Shown in pieces: positions 9,291 to 18,610 of a DNA stretch of 64,000 bases. Positions within the stretch are counted from its first letter, which is position 1. Each line of letters opens with the position of its first letter. This DNA comes from Diplonema japonicum (taxonomy: Eukaryota > Protista > Euglenozoa: Diplonemea). The stretch lies in NCBI GenBank assembly GCA_964019335.1, contig OZ025755.1, positions 186,001 through 250,000 of the forward strand, written 5' to 3'. A program made the position numbers and the translations under genes. The notes below the pieces were generated by a model, which ran no database searches, was not told the DNA's origin, and saw nothing but the letters and a program-made list of their open reading frames with translations.

Positions 9291-10508
9291 GGGGATCACG
9301 AATAAATGGAAACGACGCTGGTTTTATCATTCACATAATAGGAAGGGGAACACGTCTCCTGCAACCTTCTTTTTTTAATCGAGGGGAAGCTGGTAAATAA
9401 AGACCGTGGACTTGCGACTAAGCCTAGAGAAGGGGAAAAGAAAAAAAAAAAAAAATAGGAAGAAAATACGGTGACTTTAGATCCTCTTCCAAAGCACCTG
9501 ATTTCCCCACATTTTTTTAATTCTCTTTTTTCTTTTCTTTTTTTTTTTTTTTTTTTGGCCAGCTACTTTACACCATTTCTCCCCTTCCGACAGTCTGGAA
9601 AAAAAAAAAAAAGAGAGAGAGGAATAAAAAAAAAAAAAAAAAAAAGAAAGACTAACTAAAATAAGAAAACTAATAATAACGTGGCATTCTTAGTGAATCG
9701 TACCAGAAAATCGTTATTTTTTTTTTGATCTTCAATTCTAAGAATGAAGAGGTCAGCACATGAAGTGACACACACACCCAAAAATATGTTTTTTTTTTTC
9801 TTTTTCGGACTGTTAAAAAAAAAAGAAAAGAAAAAAAAAAGAGACCTAATAACGTGGCATTCTTAAAGTGAATCGTATCAGAAAATCGCTATTTTTTTTT
9901 TTTTTTTTTTAGGTCTTATTACTTTTTTTCTTTCTTTTTTTCTTTTGTTCTTCATTCTAGAAGATGGAGAGGCCAGCACAGCATGGGGTGAAGCGAAGAG
10001 AGGAGACGACGGCGGAGCCAACGAGGAGGAGCATCGCGAGGTTGAACCAGATGCCCCTCATCCTGCCGACGGGGCCGTTCTTGCGGTAGCCACCACAGTA
10101 GAGCTCCCTCCCAACGATGTAGGCGACCGCGTTGGTGACAGTCCACATGGGGAAGTTCAGCCCAGAGACGAGAATGGTGAGAACGATCCCTGTGAGGCCT
10201 TCCACGTAGTTCCCGTGGGCCCTCTGGCAAGATGCGTACTCCAGCCACTCCTTGTAGGACAGTTTGGCACAGTGCCTGCCGTCCCCCATGTCGGGGTAGG
10301 CACCCTTTGGGATGTCCATCCCGTACTTCTCTTTGAACATCTTGTTCTCCTCCTTGAGGTTCTTCTCAACCCACTCCTTGTTCATTACCCTGTAGCGTCC
10401 CACACGGGCCCCTTGTGTCAAGCAGTGGAAGGTCACCGCAACTGCACTCAGCATCACGTACCCGTAGTCGGCAGGAAGGGTGTAGGTCACTGACATTTTT
10501 TTTTTTTT
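9287..10508. repeat. Segmental duplication copy B
   Basis: Near-identical to 1657-2876. Confidence 0.95.
9957..10496 (-). CDS. MAPEG family, MGST3-like (same protein as 2326-2865)
   Basis: Identical 179-aa translation; the start is taken as the MSVTY ATG at 10496, after an A run. Confidence 0.9.
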   Translation of the reverse strand: MSVTYTLPADYGYVMLSAVAVTFHCLTQGARVGRYRVMNKEWVEKNLKEENKMFKEKYGMDIPKGAYPDMGDGRHCAKLSYKEWLEYASCQRAHGNYVEGLTGIVLTILVSGLNFPMWTVTNAVAYIVGRELYCGGYRKNGPVGRMRGIWFNLAMLLLVGSAVVSSLRFTPCCAGLSIF

Positions 10509-10610
10509 GGGATTTTCTTTAATAATTTGCCATGTTTGAATGAGGGAAAGGGAGAAAAAAAAACAGGCAGGGGGGGGGGGGGGGGGGGAATACATGAAGA
10601 TATGGGCTCT

Positions 10611-10810
10611 AATAATTTCGAGTTAAAACCCGCCACCACAAAGTGAAATAATGCACTAACGCAGCAAAAAGGGGTTTTTGGGCATTACAAGCTATTTCAA
10701 GTTACCAGTCCTCGTTAGTTTAACACTAATGTTGATGTCGAGGCTTATCCTGCTATGGTAGATGGATTACGGGCCCCACTTGCAGAATCTTGATTCTGGG
10801 ATGGGTTGAG
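10611..10810. mobile_element. Partial copy of the hairpin-ended repeat family
   Basis: AATAATTTCGAGTTAAAACCCGCCACCACAAAGTGAAATAATGCACT, AGGCTTATCCTG and TGCAGAATCTTGATTCTGGGATGGGTTGAG are shared with 13970-14260. Confidence 0.7.
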
Positions 10811-12316
10811 TGCTTTGTAATAGCATAGAGGGTGCTGATCCCCAATCTTTGTTTGTATGCAGGCTTACCATCTGGCATCTAGCTACTCCTTCATATCGGC
10901 CGGTGTGTAAACACCTTCGCCTTTCTCCCTCATGCCCTTCTTCCAAGCTCTTCATGGAAAGTCTTGCAATCTTTTTCCCGTTCGATTTCAACAGCTCCAC
11001 TGTTAATAATATATGAGCTCGTCCGGGAAAAAAAAAATGTCAACAAATGACCCTCCTATGCGGTGGAAAACCCCCGTTAAATTTCTAAGTAAAAAGTAGT
11101 CCGACACCACTTTGTGTGCAGAAATGCAGTCTAAGCTTGAACACCATATAGGTCAAAATGCTCGCCGTTTGTTTTATTTTTAAAACGCACGTGCAAAAAA
11201 CATGTTTTTTAGAATGGTTTTTGGTAAACGATTCAATTTGGAAGTTACAAATAACCCAGACTCCATTTTTTTTTTTATTTTCGTTTTTTCCGTGAAAAGC
11301 GACAGGAGGAATGGACGCAGATTGAAAATCTGTGAAACCTTTGGGGTCATTTTGGGTGGGCTGGACTCGAATACGTCCCCAGGGGAGTCCAACCCGTCCT
11401 CCACGTCAGCGCTTGCCTGATCCCCCCGTCGGGGCGCCCGTCAGCGAAGGTCGTGAATCGATCTTCCCGTGGTGGTGGCCCCAGCCCGCCGCCCCAGAGA
11501 GCCTCCCCGCCGTGCCTCCCCGCAGCCCCTGCTGGTTTCTTCGCAGCGCTCCCCAGCTGCTTTTGTCATCATTTTTTTTTTCTTTTTTCTTCTTGTGAAA
11601 AAAGTTTGTTTGTTGTTGTTTGTGGAAAGTCCTGATTTTTGTTTTTTTTTTTAAAAAGATATTAACCTGCCATATGTTTGAATTGAGGGGAGGGAGAAAA
11701 AAAAAGGGGGGGGGGAAAACACAATACATGAAGATATGGCCCCTGCAACATAAAATGCACAACTTGCCGGCCAGGAAAAAAAAAAAAAAAACCTGACTAT
11801 TTACTAAATAAAAATCAGATTATCAGATTTTTTATTTTAGCATGACATTTCTTTTTTTTTTATTTATTTAAATGAGGAAAAGCTAATTTTTTTTTTCTCA
11901 TTTTGACTACAATTATCGGCGCTGAGTAATGTTTCAGCACCGGTTCAAAGTGCCGGAAAGCGAACCCTTTCTAGGAAAATCGGTTCAGAGTAAAAATCAG
12001 ATTTACTCTACATGCATTTACTTGGCACGTTTTAAAGCCAGATTTAGCCTATAACTTTGCATTTATATTTTGCATTTTTGCATTTACTCGTCAATGCTTG
12101 ACGTTCTGCAGAATTTTCCTCAATATAACTTTGCCAAATTAAATAAAAATAAGAACACAAGAAAGAAAGAAAAAAAGGTTCTTTGGAACAAATGAGGGTG
12201 GGGATTCCCTCTTTTTTTTTCTTTTTTTTTCTTTTCGTTTTCTTCTCATCCTTTGTTTTCTTTCGCCGAGGGGGGGGGGTTTTTTTCCATCTTTCTTTTT
12301 AGAGAAGAACAACGTA

Positions 12317-13080
12317 CAGTTCGGTAACCAAATAACTTTTTTTTCCACTCAAGTCTGTAAGCAGAATTTCCACCACTGTTTACGGTAACCCACAACTTTT
12401 TTTTCCACTCAAATGGTTTTTTTGTAAAAATTTTCCACTCTCCACGGTAACCTATTTTTATTTCCACTAAACCATGTAAGTAAGAACTTTTTTTTTCCAC
12501 CGTCCACGGTGGAGGTGTGCACTTGGGAAAAACGTGTAGGCACAGCCAGAGCTCGAAAAAGACACCAAGAATTTCTCCTGGAAGTTGGCAGGGGCGATTT
12601 CCAAAGACGATTTCAAGCCAAAGCCGAGGTATCTGGCGTCTCTGATGTACTTCTCCACCCCTCGCCCCCCTGCCTGTGAATATGCCAAGGATGACCTCAA
12701 GCCCCCTGTTGTCACGAAGTCACAGATAGGCCAGCAAAAAAAAAAAAAAATAAATGCAGCAACTTGTATAACAAGAACCCTCATTACTCAACTGTTGCGC
12801 CAGCCACAATCACTCCTCGAAGTGCTGTCCCGGTTGTGGTCCCAGCCTTCAGGGTAGTCACCCATTTCTCTTAAAAGGTCTTTTTTTCCGTTTCTTTTGC
12901 CCCCCTCGCTACATTTCTTACCAAGCCCCAATGAGGCATAAAAATGTCGGAGGTTATCGTGGACGGTGGAAAAAAAGTTAGTGGTTGCATAAGGGAAATT
13001 GTTGGTGGTTACAGTAAAAAGTGGAAAAAAAGTTAGAGTTTAAGGCGACGGTGGAAAAAAGTTATTTGGTTACCGAACTG
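12317..13080. mobile_element. Non-autonomous Tc1/mariner-type DNA transposon with TA target duplication
   Basis: TA|CAGTTCGGTAACCAAATAACTTTTTT...AAAAAAGTTATTTGGTTACCGAACTG|TA; several subterminal TTTTTTCCAC/GTGGAAAAAA repeats. Confidence 0.85.
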
Positions 13081-13421
13081 TACGTTGGTTTCCCCTTTTT
13101 TTTACTTTTTTATACTTTTCTTTTTTCGTAATGGGGCTAAAAAAAAAAAAACTCAATAAGCGAAGAAAAGGAAGGAAAAGAGAAGAAAAAAAAAAAACAA
13201 AGCTAAGAAAAGAAGAAAAAAAAAGTAATTTTAATTGGTTGCCATAACTCAAGAAACATAGTCTCCAAGTTGTTTTCCCCCCCAATTGATGGGAGGAAGG
13301 TGGCAAGAAAGGTCATTAAAAGAAAACCGGTCCGCTAGCTTTTTTTTATTCTTTTTTTTTTCCCTGGAAGTAAACTTTGAGGAGAAGTAAAAACAAAACC
13401 ACTCTTATTATTCCCCCCCAC

Positions 13422-13485
<64 letters not shown>

Positions 13486-13531
13486 ACCGAAAGCAATTCT
13501 AATCGCCGCTCTCTTGAAACAAAAATAAGGG

Positions 13532-13690
13532 AAAAACACGGTTCACGGTAAGCAAATAACTTTTTTTTTCCACCGTTTCCTTAAGCCTAAAATCTTTTTT
13601 CCACCAAGTACGGCACGGTAACCTGGTACTTGGTGGAAAAAAGATTTCAGCAAGGTGTAAAGTTATTTGCTTACCGTGAACGGTGTTTTT
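13532..13690. mobile_element. Short foldback MITE related to 12317-13080
   Basis: GTTCACGGTAAGCAAATAACTTT / AAAGTTATTTGCTTACCGTGAAC inverted repeats; inner AATCTTTTTTCCACCAAGTAC / GTACTTGGTGGAAAAAAGATT. Confidence 0.8.
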
Positions 13691-13837
13691 CTCTAAAAAT
13701 AATCATCGAGAGGGCCTATAAAAATTCAGTATTTTCGTTGAAAATAAAAATAGTTTTTCTTTTTTTTTCTTTTTTTTTTTCTTGGATTTTCAACGCGGCG
13801 GAGGGAAAACGGAAAGAAAAAAAAAACTTGTGTGAGA

Positions 13838-13873
<36 letters not shown>

Positions 13874-13876
13874 ATT

Positions 13877-14029
13877 TATTAAATGAAAATAAGATTGCAT
13901 TATTTCACGCGTGGTGGCAGGGGGGTTTAACGAGAGAGGATCTTACTTCACGAGCGAAGCGAGTGTAGTAATAATTTCGAGTTAAACCCGCCACCACAAG
14001 TGAAATAATGCACTTATTTTCATTTAATA
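13877..14029. repeat. Long imperfect palindrome with GCGAAGC at its centre (end of the hairpin-ended element family)
   Basis: TATTAAATGAAAATAAG..TGCATTATTTCAC..GTGGTGGC pairs with GCCACCAC..GTGAAATAATGCACTTATTTTCATTTAATA; centre CACGAGCGAAGCGAGTG. Confidence 0.85.
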
Positions 14030-14925
14030 TGTTGTTTTATTTAATAAGAGCTGGGTTTGAAAGGGTGGGAGGTTACAGGCGCAGGGCACAGGTTACAAGA
14101 AGAAACTGAGAGGCTGCAAAAAAGGTTGGGTATTACAAGCTACAAGGGGATTTCAACGAGGCTTATCCTGTGCATCGCTACCGCCAGAACCATCTGAGGT
14201 TGCATGTAGGTGGATGCAGGGGCCCACTGCAGAATCTTGATTCTGGGATGGGTTGAGCAGACTGACCAGCACCCCCGAGACGTGTAATCCTCCCCATCGC
14301 CTTAGGCTTTCTTCCCATAGTTTTCTGTGTTTCTAGGGAGTTTGGCTTAAATTAGGTGCAGGAGTGACATAATGTAACATTATATCACTCTTGTACATTA
14401 TGTCACTCCTGGGCCTTATTTCTCTATAAGCTGAGAGTGAATATAATGTTGAGCGTGATATAAAGTGAAATATTATTTTTCACCCCCCCACCCTTGAAAA
14501 CCCGGCTCGAATTAAATAAAAAAATGTTGATTTGGCAAGGTACGAGAGATTTCTGACTCAAGACTCCCCTTGCTACACGGTATTGCATAAACAAGGTCAT
14601 TAGTTGGAAGAACTGAATTCTGATATTCTGAAATGCAGTCCTGGACCGAATTCCCAATTCCCCCCCCCCCCTTTTTTTCCCACTAGGGGGGTAGAACGAG
14701 ATAAAAAGGAAACAATGCAACTAAAGGACCCCCCCCCCCCCCCACCAACAAAAAAAGGCAAGGAAAGAAACTGCCACTCCGTGGCAACTTGTGACCAAAT
14801 GGGAAAAAAATTCACTATGATAGGAACGAAGTGGTTAGCAACGGCCCGCCAAAAAAAAAAAAAAAAAAAAAAAAAATAGAGTAGAATCACGAGATATATT
14901 TGTATATATATATATATTTTTTTTT

Positions 14926-15987
14926 TTACCTCGTCGGGCAGGACGAAATGGAGTATTTCAGCCTTTCATCCTCTCTATCCCATACATCTATCATCAACCC
15001 AGGGAAATTGCTCTCGAATAGTTCCTTGACAAGCGGAAGCCGTGCCTTTGCCGGCGCGTATGTCCCAGAATTGTTATCAAAGATGAGGAGCGGCCCCTTA
15101 TCGGTGTAGATGACGTGGAACTCCCCTGCAAAGTACACATTCTCAGATGCATCAGAGTGCATGGCGTGCTTGGACAATTTATCGGCAAGAAAGTTTTTTC
15201 CGGTGTGGCTGAATTTCATTTCGCCCTTTTCGTTGATCACGTACGTGAAGAAAACCATCTCCCCCCTGAGGAGCCCGCTGTCTATCAGTTTCAAAAAATC
15301 CGCGCCGGTGTTAATCGCTCCAGTTACAACCTTTGAGTTGACAGGTCCATATAAAAGTTTGTGCTCAACGTGGATCGCCGATCTGGCGGTCATGCCGGTG
15401 ATGCCCCGACCGAATATTGTTTTTGCGGCATCATAGTCCTTATTCCACCCGCATTTTTGACCTTTAAATATATCGTTGACTCTGTGGAGATATATAGTCG
15501 AGGCTTTGAAGGCTGATTTGTCGTACGAACCAACAACCTGTAAAACACTCCCTGTGATGCCATTGTAAACTGCCTCAAACATAACCCCGCCGTTGCATTT
15601 TTTTTCATCCTGCGGCTGTTGGATTTGGTGGTGGTGGTGGTGGTGATGGTGATGTTGTTGTTGTTGTTGTTGCTGCTGTTGTGCCGCATACGGGTTTTCA
15701 ATTGTTGCAAGAACAGGAGGGGGGTTCACGGGGTACGGTTGCTGGGGGGGCATTGCCAGGCCCGGGGGGTGTACCACAGGTCCCCCTGCATAGGGTTGGT
15801 TATAGTAAGATGCGGGTGGTGGTGGTAGTGGTGCACCACCTTGGTACCCTCCTTGATGGTGCTGATGCTGTTGTGAAAACTGAGCTGTTTCGAGAGGTGG
15901 TTGGTGCTGTGGTTGTTGTTGCTGTGGAGGTGCCGATGCTGAAGGAAGCGGTGGTGCGGTTGTTGAGTCAGTGTCTTGGGCGCCCAT
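14926..15987 (-). CDS. Conserved hypothetical protein: P/Q/H-rich N-terminus plus a globular domain
   Basis: ATG after an A run at 15987 (MGAQDTDS); domain motifs FTYVI, SKHAMH, FAGEFH, DNNSGTYAP, NFPGL. Confidence 0.8.
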   Translation of the reverse strand: MGAQDTDSTTAPPLPSASAPPQQQQPQHQPPLETAQFSQQHQHHQGGYQGGAPLPPPPASYYNQPYAGGPVVHPPGLAMPPQQPYPVNPPPVLATIENPYAAQQQQQQQQQHHHHHHHHHQIQQPQDEKKCNGGVMFEAVYNGITGSVLQVVGSYDKSAFKASTIYLHRVNDIFKGQKCGWNKDYDAAKTIFGRGITGMTARSAIHVEHKLLYGPVNSKVVTGAINTGADFLKLIDSGLLRGEMVFFTYVINEKGEMKFSHTGKNFLADKLSKHAMHSDASENVYFAGEFHVIYTDKGPLLIFDNNSGTYAPAKARLPLVKELFESNFPGLMIDVWDREDERLKYSISSCPTR

Positions 15988-16237
15988 TTTTTTTTTTTTT
16001 TGCCGCCTGAATAATTGTGAAATGGGAGAGAACACAACAAAAAAAAATTTTAAAAAAAAAATAAAAAAACTGGAGTTTTGAAAAAAAAAAAAAAATTGGA
16101 AAGGGAAAAAAAAAAAAAAAAATGATTTTGATAACTTTTTTGTGTGTATTGTGGAGTGAACAAAAAAAAAAAAAAAAAAAAAAAAAAGAAAAAGTGATTT
16201 TTTTTTTCCGAAAAAAAAAAAAGACAAAAACAAATTC

Positions 16238-16607
16238 TCAGTGTTCCGTGACAACAAAGTACTTTGCAGGCCTTCTCGGTACCCTTCTCTGAAGGGGGGC
16301 GGTGGCAGGGATGATGTTTCGCGACTGGAATGATTCGAACCTGAGCTTCAGAGGGTCTCGCATGCTGCTCACAACCTTGCCTTGTTGCCTGGGAGGGGTT
16401 GATATTTTTTTTTTTCCGAAAAAAAAAAAAAAAAAAAAAAAAAAATACCTCAGTGACCCTGACACATCTTCGGTGGTCTGGAGGTCCATCACCGAAGGCC
16501 TGAACCGCCTTCTTCCGATTCTGGGGTTCAACAATCTGTTCTTGTGGATAAGTTTCCTTTTTTTCTGATTTTTCGCGGATTCCACCTTCTCGTCACTCAG
16601 CTCCTGC

Positions 16608-16644
<37 letters not shown>

Positions 16645-17308
16645 TTCTCCCGCCTTAACACACCTTTTGTATTTCATCGATACGATCCGCATCCGCCACC
16701 ACTTTAGACCTTATTTTCTCCCGTCTCTGTAAAAAAAAAAATTTTTTTTTCCCAAAAAAAAAGTTTTTTTTTATACTTTGTTATTAATTGCTACTGTCAA
16801 CCTCCTTGCTTTGTTTCTCTGCGTCCTCGTCTTCCGTTGTGGGAGGGTTGTAATTTCGTCACGGGGTTCCTTAATTTTTTTTTTTTTTTTTTTTTGCAAA
16901 ACGTACCCCAGCGATATCTTCTGCCCAGGCTGACTCCGTCAAATCGTCGCCGACGCAGCCCTTCTTGACGGCTGGGTTGATTTTCACTTTGTCCGCAATT
17001 TTTTTCTGGATCGCTTCCTTGCGTTTCAGTTTGTGCACGGCTTCACTGATGGCCTTCAGGTGCTGCTCCTGGGGGGGATTGTACGATTGGGCATGGCCAG
17101 GAGTCTCTCGCAATTTTAGTGCCTTGCTGGATGCCTCCACCATCGCCGTTTTCTTCACCCCGTGAAGCTTATTGTTCGGCCTCCCCAATTTTTTCCCTTC
17201 ATCACACATGCCCCACAGGTCCATTTCCTCCCCTTTTGTTTCATCATTCTCCACAGCCGTCCGTTTTCTTTTCCTCACTGTTGGGTCCACCAATTGTTTC
17301 TTACCCAT
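16238..17308 (-). CDS. NOP53: Nop53/GLTSCR2-like 60S ribosome biogenesis factor, 5 exons
   Basis: Exons 17308-16907, 16869-16777, 16726-16664, 16603-16449 and 16388-16238 join in frame; motifs SYNP, RKTRTQRNK, SGSLR, RFESFQSRNII. Confidence 0.8.
16389..16448 (-). other. Intron (60 nt)
   Basis: GTATT(T)n..CGG(A)n..CCCTCCCAG. Confidence 0.75.
16604..16663 (-). other. Intron (60 nt)
   Basis: GTGTGTTAAG...(A)~31 CTGCAG; contains an in-frame stop. Confidence 0.8.
16727..16776 (-). other. Intron (50 nt)
   Basis: GTAT(A)n C(T)n GGG(A)n(T)n ACAG; removal restores the frame. Confidence 0.75.
16870..16906 (-). other. Intron (37 nt)
   Basis: GTACGTTTTGC(A)~21 TTAAG; removal links exon 1 to the RKTRTQRNK exon. 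Confidence 0.8.
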
Positions 17309-17632
17309 TTTCTTTTTTTTTCCCCCCCTTTTCTGATAGACGGATAGATGACATCGGTTTAAAAAAAAAAATTTTTTTTTTAAATAAGGAAATGCAAATG
17401 AATTAATACAGATTTTCTTTTTTTTTTTTTTAAAATTAATTTCTTCTTTTTTGTATTCACCCCTCAGAAGATGGGGCCTCTTTTCTTTCTTTCTTTCTTT
17501 TTTTTTTTAGAACACCAGAAAATAGGAGAGAAAAAAAGAAAATCGATAAAATTTCAGTGGCAAAGTGGGGACGTGCTCACTGTTGGAGAATAAAAAAAAA
17601 GAAAAAAAGAAAAAAAAAAAAAAAAGTCCTCA

Positions 17633-18457
17633 TCACGCCAACATCTCTTCAAAAAAAGCAGCCACAGTTATCTCAGAGGTTCTTATTTTCCACGCGGCGA
17701 GCACGAACCCGGGGACTGTGAACGAACACCACAGAATAGCTAGGTTCCCCCAATGCGAACGCTGCTTCGCCTCCATGCCCTTCAAGACCCCATCCAGCTG
17801 CTGCTTCGTGATGCTGCCCTCCAAAGGCACGAAAACCACTCCAACAGGCCCCGGGAAGGCCACGTCCATCCTAGGATACACGTAAGGCAGCGCTTTTAGG
17901 TTAAAAGGCGTCCCAGGTGTGAAAGTGGGTTCAACGGTTACATAAAAAATCGGCGTGTGAAACAAGCAAGAATCAGCAAGATAATGAATGAAGTAAGAAT
18001 CTGAAACCCGCTGTCCCCGGGAGGTGTTCGCCCCGAGGGCGATGGAGAGATACCCTGTAGCCAATGTCACAGGAAGGCACTTGCCGTCGACACTGCCTGC
18101 TTCGATAAAATCAGACGATTTGAAATTTTCTATCACTCGATACTCGGACCACTCTCGGCAGGACAGGGCCGTGACGAGCTCCTGCACCACCACCAGAAGC
18201 AGGCTGTACCAAGCTATTCTCCAGCCAACCACGAGCAACACACTGCAGGTTCCCATTGTCCCTCTGACTACACCGTAGAACATCCCTGCCAGGGCCGTTG
18301 GTACTGCCACAAAGCCTATCCACACCAAGCCCATGTGGCACCCCTCTGTCATTGCGCACATGTCGGTCAGTACAGCGAACACCACCATTGCAGAGGTGGC
18401 CAGGACCCACAGAGTGAGCAGGCCTATCGCTGCTTGTATTCGCGGGCAGATCGACAT
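17633..18457 (-). CDS. Hypothetical multi-pass membrane protein (~274 aa)
   Basis: ATG at 18457 (MSICPRIQ); 3-4 N-terminal hydrophobic segments and one C-terminal one; homopolymer-free, coding-like composition. Confidence 0.7.
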   Translation of the reverse strand: MSICPRIQAAIGLLTLWVLATSAMVVFAVLTDMCAMTEGCHMGLVWIGFVAVPTALAGMFYGVVRGTMGTCSVLLVVGWRIAWYSLLLVVVQELVTALSCREWSEYRVIENFKSSDFIEAGSVDGKCLPVTLATGYLSIALGANTSRGQRVSDSYFIHYLADSCLFHTPIFYVTVEPTFTPGTPFNLKALPYVYPRMDVAFPGPVGVVFVPLEGSITKQQLDGVLKGMEAKQRSHWGNLAILWCSFTVPGFVLAAWKIRTSEITVAAFFEEMLA

Positions 18458-18610
18458 GGTGCCCCTCCCCGCCTCTCCCCCCTCCCCAACTTTTTTTTCT
18501 GTGGGGGTTTTTTTTTTTCCAACAAAAAAAAAGCAAAAGTGATGTTTTTTTTTTGGGGGGTAAAAAAAAAAAAAAAACCTATGAGGACAGAAACAAAACA
18601 AAAAAACGGC

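Noticed and set aside
11350-11405. tRNA-like TTCGAGTCC on the - strand
   Set aside because: No T-arm pairing or cloverleaf could be built.
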